64,000 nucleotides of DNA. It comes from Thermoleophilaceae bacterium. GTDB lineage: Bacteria > Actinomycetota > Thermoleophilia > Solirubrobacterales > Thermoleophilaceae. The stretch covers positions 194,018 to 258,017 of the forward strand of contig JAUJNF010000001.1 of assembly GCA_030446485.1 (NCBI GenBank), read 5' to 3'. The position numbers and the translations under genes are program-made. The notes under the pieces were generated by a model that made no database searches, had not been told where the DNA came from, and saw nothing but the letters and a program-made list of their open reading frames with translations. Positions 52,150 to 61,845 of the stretch are shown piece by piece (within the stretch, counting starts at the first letter, position 1; each line of letters begins with the position of its first letter).

Positions 52150-52345
52150 GTCTCCTTCGGTAGGCGCCTACGGGGTTAGCTGTCGGGCTCGCGCAGAAGG
52201 ACTGCGCTACGCCGCATGTGCGGCGACTCGCCCCGGGGCCGGCCAACAGCCGACCCAAGCGGGTCCCCCGATCCCCGCCGCCTGGGCGGTGAGGACTCGG
52301 CTGACATATGTCGAAGGGCGGCATGGTAGCGATTTCGCCCCCCCA
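52150..52345 (-). promoter_or_regulatory. ydaO/yuaA-type (cyclic-di-AMP) riboswitch in the 5' leader of the Rpf-like gene
   Basis: Minus-strand leader contains AAAUCGCU, GGGGGACCC, GGGGCGAGUC and CCCGACAGCUAACCCCGUAGGCG, and ends in CCGAAGGAGA (SD). These match the conserved blocks of the ydaO motif as I recall them. Confidence 0.75.
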
Positions 52346-52398
52346 AGCCGCAGAATCGACTTCTGGGACGGATCCGCCGGTACGATCGGCCGCCGCCG

Positions 52399-53532
52399 AT
52401 GGACCTCGAACTGACCGACGAGCAGCGGGCGATCCAGCGCCTGGCACGGGACTTCGCCGAGGGCGAGGTGATGCCGGTGGCCGAGGAGCTCGACCGCGAG
52501 AAGCGCTTCCCCTACGACCTGATCGCGCAGATGGGGAAGCTGGGGCTGATGGGCATCCCCTACGACGAGCGCTGGGGCGGCGGTGGAGCCGACACGCTGT
52601 CCTACGCCCTCGCCATCGAGGAGCTGGGCCGAGCAGACCAGTCGGTGGGGATCACGGTGGCGTCGCACACCTCGCTCGGCACCTATCCGATTTACGCCTT
52701 CGGCAGCGACGCCCAGAAGGAGAGGTGGCTGCCCGACATGTGCGCCGGTCGCCGCCTCGGCGCCTTCGGCCTGACCGAGCCGGAGGCGGGATCGGACGCC
52801 GGCAACGCACGCACCACCGCCAAGCGCGATAACGGCCACTGGACGATCGACGGGGCCAAGCAGTTCATCACCAACGCCGGCACCGACATCTCCGGTTCGG
52901 TGACGATCACCGCGCGCACGGGCGACGACGAGGTGTCGAACCTGATCGTCCCCAAGGGCACCGACGGCTACTCGGTCGGCGAGCCGTACCGCAAGATGGG
53001 CTGGCACGCCTCCGACACCCGCCCACTGAGCTTCGACGGTTGTCAGGTGCCGGAGGAGAACCTGCTCGGCCCGCGCGGCGAGGGCTTCAGGCAGTTCCTG
53101 GCGACGCTCGACGGCGGCCGGATCAGCGTGTCGGCCCTGTCGATCGGCTGCGCGCAGCGGGCGCTCGACGAGGCGCTCTCCTACGCGCGCGAGCGACGCG
53201 CCTTCGGCAGGCCCATCTCCAAGTTCCAGGCCATCCAGATCAAGCTCGCCGACCTGTCGGCCGAGATTGAGGCCGCGCGCCTTCTCACGTACAAGGCGGC
53301 GGTGCTGAAGGACGCCGGAAAGCCGTTCACCCTGGCCGCGGCGCAGGCCAAGCTGAAGACCGGCCGCCTGGCCGTGAAGGCCTGCGACGAGTCCGTGCAG
53401 ATCCATGGCGGCTACGGCTACATCGAGGAGTACCCGATCTGCCGCTTCTACCGGGACGCCAAGATCCTCACCATCGGCGAGGGCACCGACGAGGTGCAGC
53501 AGATGATCATCGCCCGGGCGCTCGGGGCCTGA
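52399..53532 (+). CDS. acyl-CoA dehydrogenase
   Basis: Full-length ACAD pattern: GLTEPEAGSDAG, FITNAG, QIHGGYGYIEEYPICRFYRDAKILTIGEGT. Confidence 0.95.
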   Translation: MDLELTDEQRAIQRLARDFAEGEVMPVAEELDREKRFPYDLIAQMGKLGLMGIPYDERWGGGGADTLSYALAIEELGRADQSVGITVASHTSLGTYPIYAFGSDAQKERWLPDMCAGRRLGAFGLTEPEAGSDAGNARTTAKRDNGHWTIDGAKQFITNAGTDISGSVTITARTGDDEVSNLIVPKGTDGYSVGEPYRKMGWHASDTRPLSFDGCQVPEENLLGPRGEGFRQFLATLDGGRISVSALSIGCAQRALDEALSYARERRAFGRPISKFQAIQIKLADLSAEIEAARLLTYKAAVLKDAGKPFTLAAAQAKLKTGRLAVKACDESVQIHGGYGYIEEYPICRFYRDAKILTIGEGTDEVQQMIIARALGA

Positions 53533-54920
53533 AGGTCCGCGCCGCCCTCCTCGGGCTCCTGCTGTTCGCGGTGTACGCCGCGACGCTCGGCCTGGACGCC
53601 TTCGCCACCTCCGACTACGGCGGCGACGAGCCGCACTACCTGCTGGCCGCGAAGTCGCTGGTGAAGGACGGCAACCTCGACCTGACCGGCCAGTACGCCG
53701 CGCGCGAGTACGCCGGCTTCTACCCACTCGAGCTCGAGCCTCAGGGCGTCGAGACGATGGGGCGCCTGCATGAGCCCCTTGGCGCCGGCTTCCCCGTGCT
53801 GATCGCGCCGGCCTATGCGCTGGCCGGCGCGACCGGGGTGGAGCTGTTCCTGGCCGCCGTCGCCGCGCTCGCCGGGGTTCTGGCCTACGTGCTCGCACGG
53901 CGAGTCACCCCCGACCCCTGGGCGCTCGGGGCGGCGCTCGCCGCCGGGCTGTCCCCGCCGCTCGTGGCCTACGGCAGCGCCGTCTACCCCGAGCTCGCGG
54001 CGGCTGCCGTGCTCGCCGCAGCGGCGCTGCTCGCGCTGCGCCTGGAGGAGCGGACCTCTCACCGGGCGGCCATCGGCTGCTTCGCGCTGCTGGCGCTGGT
54101 GCCGTGGCTCGGAGTGAAGTTCGTGCCGGCGGCGGCGGTGATCGGCGTGGCGGCGGCGCGCTGGCTGCTGCGCCGAAACCGCCGGCTGCTGGCGCTCGGC
54201 GGCGCGGAGATCCTGGGGGTGAGCGCCGTGCTCTGGGTGTCGGTGAACCAGCGGCTCTACGGCGGGGCGACGCCGTACGCCGCCGAGGCCGGCGGCCCGA
54301 CCGCCACCGGCTCGATCAGCGCCGGCGACGTCGCGGACCGCGCCTACCGCCTCGTGGCCCTCGCCATCGACCGCGACTACGGGCTGCTGCGCTGGGCGCC
54401 GGTGTTCGCGCTCACCGCCGCCGTGGGGGCATGGCTGCTCCTGCGAGCTCGCCGTGAGCGGCTCGAGGCTGCCCTTCCGGGGCACCACGCCGCCCAGCTC
54501 GCCGCGGCCCTGTGCCTGTCCGTCCTCGCGGCTCACTACCTGGTCGCGGTCTTCGCAGCGCCGACCCTGTCCGGCTTCTGGTTTCCGACCCGGCACCTGG
54601 TGGCGGCGCTGCCGTTCGCGGTGCCGCTGATGGCCTGGGCTCTTCGGCGCGTGCCGCGAGCGGGCCTGGCGCTCGCCCTGGTCGGACTCGTGGCCTCGGT
54701 TTGGCTCTACGTGGACGTGCGGCTCGGCGACGGCGGGCTCGCCGCCGGGAGGCCGCGGGCCCCCTGGGGGCCGGTCGAGGCCGTGTTCCCGCGCTTCGCG
54801 CCCGATGCGGTGCTCCCCTTCGTGCTCGCGGCCGGTCTCGCCGTGGCGGCGGGAGTCTTCGCCCTGCTCGAGTGGCGGCGGTGGCGGCGAGCCGCCCTGG
54901 GGCCACGCACCGGCGCCTGA
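53529..54920 (+). CDS. polytopic membrane protein, ArnT/PMT (GT39)-like (tentative); start unresolved
   Basis: Track ORF starts at GTG 53571. The frame is open upstream and encodes KVRAALLGLLLFAV (first TM) from a CTG that overlaps the ACAD stop (CTGA). A DYGGDEPHYLL loop motif follows. Confidence 0.55.
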   Translation: MKVRAALLGLLLFAVYAATLGLDAFATSDYGGDEPHYLLAAKSLVKDGNLDLTGQYAAREYAGFYPLELEPQGVETMGRLHEPLGAGFPVLIAPAYALAGATGVELFLAAVAALAGVLAYVLARRVTPDPWALGAALAAGLSPPLVAYGSAVYPELAAAAVLAAAALLALRLEERTSHRAAIGCFALLALVPWLGVKFVPAAAVIGVAAARWLLRRNRRLLALGGAEILGVSAVLWVSVNQRLYGGATPYAAEAGGPTATGSISAGDVADRAYRLVALAIDRDYGLLRWAPVFALTAAVGAWLLLRARRERLEAALPGHHAAQLAAALCLSVLAAHYLVAVFAAPTLSGFWFPTRHLVAALPFAVPLMAWALRRVPRAGLALALVGLVASVWLYVDVRLGDGGLAAGRPRAPWGPVEAVFPRFAPDAVLPFVLAAGLAVAAGVFALLEWRRWRRAALGPRTGA

Positions 54921-54976
54921 GCCCATCGCGACCCGGCCGACCTGGCCCGGACGTGGTCCAGCGCTACGGTCAGGGC

Positions 54977-56245
54977 GTGGGATCTGTTCAGAGCGTCGAG
55001 ACGGACGCCTTGCCTCCCACGCGGGATGCGGACTCGTCCGCCGAGCCGTCCGGCCTTGCCCGGGTGGCGACGGTGTCGTTCCTGGCCGCCCGCGCCGCGC
55101 CGTCGGGCGGCTTCTGGATATCGCTGGCCGGAGGCGTGGCGCTCGCGCGTGGCGCCCAGCGAAACGGCGCCCGGCGCGGGTTCGGAGCGAGCCTCGCCGC
55201 GATGCTGGAGACGGTGGCGATCATGGGCCCGGCGCGGTTCGGCGTCCCGCTCACCCAGGCCATGAGCGCCCCGTGGATAGGACGGCTCGAGGCCCGCGGT
55301 GCGTCAGCGGGCACCGAGGTCGTGGCCTGCGCGCTCGTGCGGATCATCCACAACCTCGCCACCACCGCCTTCTTCATCTGGGTGATCCTCGGAGGCCTCG
55401 ACGCCTACGCCGGAACCTACGACGCGCTTCCCTTCTTCCCCGGTGGGGTGACGGCCGCCCTGGTGCTCACCGGCGTGACGCTGCTCGCGTGGACCGTGTT
55501 TGCGAGCATCGTCCAGGTGCTGGTGTACCGGCGCGGCCTGCGCACCTGGCCCGAGGGGAGCGGCCAGGCGGCGGAGGGCGTGGAACGGCGCGACCCGAGC
55601 CCGGAGCCGGGTCGCTTCGACCCACGCCTCGTGTCGCTCGTGGCGCTCGTCGGCTTCGTGGTCCTGCTGTCGAGCACCGCGTGGGCCGTGCTGGCCGCGG
55701 TGGCCGGTCTGCTGCTCGTGGGCTGGTTCGCCGCCCGCTCCGACCCCGAGGTGCTGCCCACCGGCGCCGTGCTGGCCGCCGCGCTGGCGCTCAGCGCGTT
55801 CAGCTTCAGCATGTTCGGCGGCCTCGGGCTCGACGAGGCGCTGCGGCGCGCCACCCGCGCGGCGCTGCTGGTGATGGTGGCCACCTGGCTGAGGGCGGCG
55901 GCCGGCTCTCCCGGCCTGCGCGACGTGTCGCGGCGGGTGCTGCACCGCCTGCGACGAGTGCCGTCGGTGCCCGAGGCGGCGTCCGCCCTCGACGACCTGG
56001 GCGCCGGACCGTCCCTGCTGCCCGCCGGGCGCTCCCTGGTCGACGCCCTCGGCGGGGTGCCCAAGCGACCGTTGCCGTTCGTGGACGCGGTGCTCGGCTG
56101 GGTGGCCGCCGAGGCCGGCCGGGAGCAGCGGGCGCACGGGGAACAGAGGACGGTGGACGGGGACCAGAGGACGGTGGACGGGAATGAACCCTCGACCCTG
56201 TCCGCGGTCCACCGGCCACCGTCCACCGCCGCGCGGCGTACCTAG
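54977..56245 (+). CDS. polytopic membrane protein, function unknown
   Basis: Frame of track ORF 54512..56245 from about 54977 shows multiple TM segments. The upstream part and the competing frame 54805..56187 are Arg/Pro/Gly-rich and rejected. The start is uncertain. Confidence 0.5.
   Translation: MGSVQSVETDALPPTRDADSSAEPSGLARVATVSFLAARAAPSGGFWISLAGGVALARGAQRNGARRGFGASLAAMLETVAIMGPARFGVPLTQAMSAPWIGRLEARGASAGTEVVACALVRIIHNLATTAFFIWVILGGLDAYAGTYDALPFFPGGVTAALVLTGVTLLAWTVFASIVQVLVYRRGLRTWPEGSGQAAEGVERRDPSPEPGRFDPRLVSLVALVGFVVLLSSTAWAVLAAVAGLLLVGWFAARSDPEVLPTGAVLAAALALSAFSFSMFGGLGLDEALRRATRAALLVMVATWLRAAAGSPGLRDVSRRVLHRLRRVPSVPEAASALDDLGAGPSLLPAGRSLVDALGGVPKRPLPFVDAVLGWVAAEAGREQRAHGEQRTVDGDQRTVDGNEPSTLSAVHRPPSTAARRT
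56144..56228. repeat. compound palindromic repeat, GGTGGACGG family, copy A
   Basis: CAGAGGACGGTGGACGGG occurs at 56144-56161 and again at 56165-56182. Inverted copies are CGGTCCACCG at 56206-56215 and CCGTCCACCG at 56219-56228. Confidence 0.55.
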
Positions 56246-56262
56246 CCCGCGACCGGAGCGGC

Positions 56263-57222
56263 TCAGCCGCTGTTGCGCTCGAGGAGCTGCGCGGCCGCGC
56301 TCGCCGGGTCGAGCCGCCGCCCGACCACCTCGTCGAGGAGCGCCTGAACGTCGGGATCGCGCCCGACCGATTCCTCCAGCCGCCGGCGCAGCCGCAGCGC
56401 CGCCAGCGCCATCACCTCGTTCATCAGGTTGCGGCGTCGCCGCTCCTCGAGCGTGCCCTCGGCCTCGATGTGCGCGCGGTGGTCGTGCAGCCTCTGGACC
56501 ACCTCCTCCACGCCCGCGCCCTTCGACGCCTCGGTGCGCACGATCGGGACGCGCCATCCCTCCTGGGGGCCGAGCGACAGCACGCCGCGGATCTCGCGCA
56601 CCATCGTGTCGGTGAGCGGGTGGTCGGCCTTGTTCACGACGATCACGTCGGGGATCTCCATCACGCCGGCCTTCAACGCCTGGATCGAGTCGCCGGAACC
56701 CGGCATGAGCACGAGCACCACCGTGTCGGCGTGATCGATGATGTCCACCTCGGCCTGGCCGACCCCGACGGTCTCGAGGAACACGTCGTCCTTCCCGGCG
56801 GCGTCCATCAGCAGGGCGGCCTGGAGCGTGGCCTCTGACAGCCCGCCGAGCGAGCCGCGGCTGGCCATCGAGCGGATGAACACGCCGGGGTCGAGGAAGT
56901 GATCGGTGAGCCGGATGCGGTCCCCGAGCAGGGCCCCGTGGGTGAAGGGCGACGAAGGATCGATCGACAGCACCGCGACCTCGCGGTCGCGTCCACGCGC
57001 GTTCTTGACCAGGGCGCCGATGAGCGTCGACTTCCCCACGCCCGGCGGCCCCGTGAAGCCGACCATCGCGGCGCGGCCCGTGTGCGGGTAGACCTCGCGC
57101 ACGAGCGCCCAGCCCTCGGGGTCGTCGTTCTCCACCAGCGAGATCGCGCGGGCGAGCGCGCGGCGGTCCCCGCCGAGGAGGCGTTCGGCAAGCTCGGCGG
57201 CGGTGCGTCCGGGGGCGGCCAC
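56263..57222 (-). CDS. meaB: methylmalonyl-CoA mutase-associated GTPase MeaB/ArgK
   Basis: GTG start MAAPGRTAAELAERLLGGDRRALARAISLVEN. GPPGVGKST P-loop and VVNKAD motif. The longer track ORF 56263..57795 is rejected upstream of 57222. Confidence 0.9.
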   Translation of the reverse strand: MAAPGRTAAELAERLLGGDRRALARAISLVENDDPEGWALVREVYPHTGRAAMVGFTGPPGVGKSTLIGALVKNARGRDREVAVLSIDPSSPFTHGALLGDRIRLTDHFLDPGVFIRSMASRGSLGGLSEATLQAALLMDAAGKDDVFLETVGVGQAEVDIIDHADTVVLVLMPGSGDSIQALKAGVMEIPDVIVVNKADHPLTDTMVREIRGVLSLGPQEGWRVPIVRTEASKGAGVEEVVQRLHDHRAHIEAEGTLEERRRRNLMNEVMALAALRLRRRLEESVGRDPDVQALLDEVVGRRLDPASAAAQLLERNSG

Positions 57223-57273
57223 GGGCGCAGGATGGTACGGGGAGCGCGGGCGAGCGCCGGTACCGTTGAGTCC

Positions 57274-57618
57274 ATGCCGGCCCTGGCCGAGACCACGCTC
57301 AGCGAAGTCGCGCGGCGCGTGCTCGACCTCCTCGTGCGGCGCCTCGAGGAGACCGTGGCGCCGCGCTCGGTGTGGCTCTTCGGCTCGCGCGCCCGCGGCG
57401 AGGAGGCCAGGGACGCGGACTCGGACGTGGACCTGCTCGTGGTGACGGCCGGCGGACGAGCCGATGCCGAACGGGTGAACCAGCTGGTGCACGAGGTGGC
57501 GGAGGCCGAGGACGCGAACCCCTGGAGGTTCAGCCGAGCGCTTCGTGGCCGCGGTCGAGCGCATGCTCGGCGTGTAGGGCGAGCGCCCCGGGGGAAATCG
57601 GCCGGCGACGAGCAATAA
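57274..57618 (+). CDS. nucleotidyltransferase-domain (MNT-like) protein
   Basis: Inner ATG MPALAETTLSEVARRVL. WLFGSRARGEEARDADSDVDLLVV (GS...DxD motif). Confidence 0.65.
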   Translation: MPALAETTLSEVARRVLDLLVRRLEETVAPRSVWLFGSRARGEEARDADSDVDLLVVTAGGRADAERVNQLVHEVAEAEDANPWRFSRALRGRGRAHARRVGRAPRGKSAGDEQ

Positions 57619-57631
57619 CATCTCGCGGCCC

Positions 57632-58339
57632 GTGGAGGCCGCGTCCGCCAACGACACACCCGCGGTGGCCGGCCCGCCTCCCACCGACGCCCCACCCGAG
57701 CTCCGCACCGCGCCACCGCCGCGCCATGGTGGCCCGCTGACGCTGCTGCGCTTCATGCGGCGCAACGGCATGCTGAACGCCCGGTACGCGCGCATGCTCG
57801 TGACGCTCGCCCGGCGGCGCTACCTCACGAGCTACGGCTCGCGTCTGCGGCTCGACGGCCTGGCCTTCCTGGCGCCCGACGTGGTGCTCCAGATCGGCCG
57901 CAAGGGCGAGCTGTCGCTCGGGCGCTGGTCGTGGCTCGGGCACGGCACCAAGATCCGCTGCCACGAGGGGCGCGTCTCGGTCGGGGCGAAGACCGTGATC
58001 GGCCAGGAGTGCACCGTGTCGGCCTTCCAGCACGTGTCGATCGGGCGCGAGTGCGTGATCGCCGACCGGGTGATGCTGATCGACTTCGACCACGGCGCCG
58101 CGGAGGTCGACCGCCCGGTGCGCCTGCAGGGGATCTACAAGCGCGACGTGCGGATCGGCCACAACGTGTGGATCGGCTACGGGGCCTGCATCCTGCGCGG
58201 GGTCACGGTCGGCGACAACGCGATCATCGGCACGGGAGCCGTGGTCACGAGGGACGTCCCGGCCAACGCGGTGGTGGGCGGCGTGCCGGCGCGGGTGATA
58301 CGGATGCGTGAGGAGCCGACGCGTTTACGGTGGGGGTAG
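57632..58339 (+). CDS. left-handed beta-helix (hexapeptide) acyltransferase
   Basis: Repeated [LIV]G hexapeptides: VRIGHNVWIGYGACILRGVTVGDNAIIGTGAVVTRDVPANAVVGGVPARVI. The start is uncertain. Confidence 0.8.
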   Translation: MEAASANDTPAVAGPPPTDAPPELRTAPPPRHGGPLTLLRFMRRNGMLNARYARMLVTLARRRYLTSYGSRLRLDGLAFLAPDVVLQIGRKGELSLGRWSWLGHGTKIRCHEGRVSVGAKTVIGQECTVSAFQHVSIGRECVIADRVMLIDFDHGAAEVDRPVRLQGIYKRDVRIGHNVWIGYGACILRGVTVGDNAIIGTGAVVTRDVPANAVVGGVPARVIRMREEPTRLRWG

Positions 58340-58345
58340 AGAAAA

Positions 58346-58415
58346 GACGGTGGACTGTGGACAGTGGACGGGCAAGGCCACCACCCCGTCCACCGTGCAC
58401 TGTGCACCGTCCACC
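58346..58415. repeat. compound palindromic repeat, GGTGGACGG family, copy B
   Basis: GACGGTGGAC-TGTGGAC-AGTGGACGGG ... CCCGTCCACCG ... CCGTCCACC in the 94-bp spacer between the acyltransferase and the aldo/keto reductase genes. Confidence 0.55.
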
Positions 58416-58433
58416 AAGTGAAGGGACGTACCG

Positions 58434-59400
<967 letters not shown>

Positions 59401-59411
<11 letters not shown>

Positions 59412-61785
59412 GACCGGGGCCGCCCCGGCCGGCCCCCACCCCGTGAAGCGGGGCAGCACCGGCGCGCAGCGCCGCGGAAAACGAGGCCGCCGTCTCCGGC
59501 TGTCCGAAGTAGAAGCCCTGGGCGAGGTCGCACTTGAGGTTGCGGATCTCGGTGAACTGCGCGGCGGTCTCGACCCCCTCGGCAATCACCTCGAGGCCCA
59601 GGGCCTGGCCCATCCGAACGATCGCTGCCACCAGAGCGGAGTCGTCGGCGCGCCGCCCGAGGCCCTCGATGAAGGACGCATCGATCTTGAGGACGTTCAC
59701 CGGGAAGCGCTTCAGGTAGCCGAGCGACGAGTAGCCGGTCCCGAAGTCGTCGATCGCCAACCGGATACCGAGGCCCTTGAGCCCCATCAGGGTGGTGATC
59801 GTCGAGCGCGCGTCGCTCATGAGCGCCCCCTCGGTCATCTCGAGGCAGAGCCGGGTGGGGTCGATCCCGGTCTCGTCGATCGCCCCGTGAACCAGGTTCA
59901 CGAGCTCGGGCTCGGCGAACTGGGACGCCGACAGGTTCACGGCCACCACCGGCGGCGGTCGATCCGGGCGCTCGGCTGCCCACTCGGCGAGCCGGCAGCA
60001 CGCATGGTCGATCACGAACGCGCCGATGCGGCGGATCAGGCCCGTTTCCTCGGCCACCGGCATGAAGTCCGCGGGGGCCAGCAGGCCGCGCGTCGGATGG
60101 TTCCAGCGCACCAGCGCCTCCGCGCCGACGATCGCCTCGGTACGCACGTCCACCTGCCGCTGATACTCCACCACGAAGCCATCGTTCTCGATCGCCTTGC
60201 GTAGGCCACCCTCGACGCTGAGCTGCTCGGAGGCCCGGTGGCGCATGCGCTCGTGGAAGAGCGCGTAGCGGCTGCGGCCACCCGCCTTGGCCTCGTACAT
60301 GGCGGCGTCGGCGTCACGGAGCAGCTCCTCGGCCGACTCACCGAGATCGTGGGCCTGCGCGATGCCGATGCTCACGCCCACGAAGAGGTCCCTGTCGGCA
60401 ACGTGGAACGGAGTCTCGAAGAGGGCCTCGACGCGCTCGGCCACGATCACGGCTCCGTGGGCGTCGTCGAGATCCTCGCAGAGGATCGCAAACTCGTCGC
60501 CACCGAAGCGCGCCACGGTATCGCCCCCCCGCATGGCGTCGTTCAGTCGCGCCGCCACGGCGCACAGCAACTCGTCGCCGACGGCGTGACCGAGGCTGTC
60601 GTTGACCACCTTGAAGCGGTCGAGGTCGAGGAACAGCAGCGCCACGGTCGAGTCCTTCCTGCCGGTCTTCGCCAGCGCGAGTGCCACCCGGTCCAGGAAC
60701 AGGCCGCGGTTGGGCAGCCGGGTGAGCTGGTCGTGCATGGCCTGGTGGGCCAGCTGCTGCTCCAACTGCCTGCGCTCCGTGATGTCGCGCGTGACCTTGG
60801 CGAAGCCGTACGGCTGGCCGGCATCGTCCTTCAGGGCAGTGACCACCACGTGGGCGAAGAAGCGCTCGCCGTCCCGCTTCACGCGCCAGCCCTCCTCCTC
60901 GTAGCGGCCGGCCGACATCGCGATCCTCAGTGCCCGCTCAGGCTTGCCGGTTGCGACGTCCTCCGCCGGATAGAAGGCCGAGAAGTGCCGTCCGATGATC
61001 TCGTCGGCCGTGTAGCGCTTGATGCGCTCGGCCCCGGCGTTCCAGCTCACGACCCGGCCCTGGAGGTCCAGGACGAAGAGGGCGTAGTCACGCACGCCGT
61101 CCACGAGGAGCCGGAATCGCTCCTCGGTCGTTCGCAGGCGCTCGAATGACTCCTGTGCCCGCTGCTCCGCCGCACGGGCATCCCGATACAACCGCGCGCT
61201 GTCCACGGCGAGCGCGCAGCGCCGCGCCAGATCCTCCGCGAAGGCCAGATCCCCCTCGCCGTAGCGCCGGCCCGATTCCGCGCTGACGAAGGTCAGGGCG
61301 CCCAGCGTCTGCTCCCGGCCGCGCAGCGGGACGACCATCGCCGACGTCATGCCCAGATTGCGCAGCAGGCGCAGGTGCTCGGCGTCCCTGGCGGCGCCCT
61401 GGAGCATGTCGTCCGGGATCTCGGGCACGAGCTGGGACTGCGAGTCGCGTATTGCCTGCGCGGGCCCGGTGGGGTCGTCCGCCTTGATCGGCGCCCGCCG
61501 CTCGAGCGCCCAGACGAACTCCTCCTTCTCGGGGTCCACATGAGCCACCGCCAGCCGCTTGATGCTGCCATCCGGCTCGAGCATGTCGACCACGCACCAG
61601 TCGGCGAGGGCGGGCACCGCGATGCGAGCGACGGTGGCGAGCCTCTCCTCGTAATCGAACGACGCCTCCAGCAGCTCGCCGGCGCGCAGCAGGAAGGCGG
61701 TCCGGCTGCCGACTGGCAGGCCGGGAGGGAAGGCGTTCAGGGACTCGTGCTCAGGAACTGGCCGGTCGGGCGCTGTCCTCGCCAT
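59401..61785 (-). CDS. GAF-PAS-GGDEF-EAL signalling protein
   Basis: GAF region, PAS ([21 protein letters not shown]), [11 protein letters not shown], and EAL domain ([16 protein letters not shown]). Confidence 0.9.
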
Positions 61786-61845
61786 GTATCAGCATCGACG
61801 TGGAGTGCGCGGCGCTTTAGCCCTGCACCCGTCGCGGTCGGCTGA

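Noticed and set aside
54512-56187. Competing long ORFs 54512..56245 (5' part) and 54805..56187
   Set aside because: Both are Arg/Pro/Gly-rich where they overlap the upstream gene. Only the 54512 frame from about 54977 onward shows alternating hydrophobic helices.
57274-57618. MNT-like nucleotidyltransferase as half of a HEPN-MNT toxin-antitoxin pair
   Set aside because: No HEPN (RxxxxH) partner could be found on either side. The next gene is a hexapeptide acyltransferase. It is annotated as a solitary nucleotidyltransferase only.
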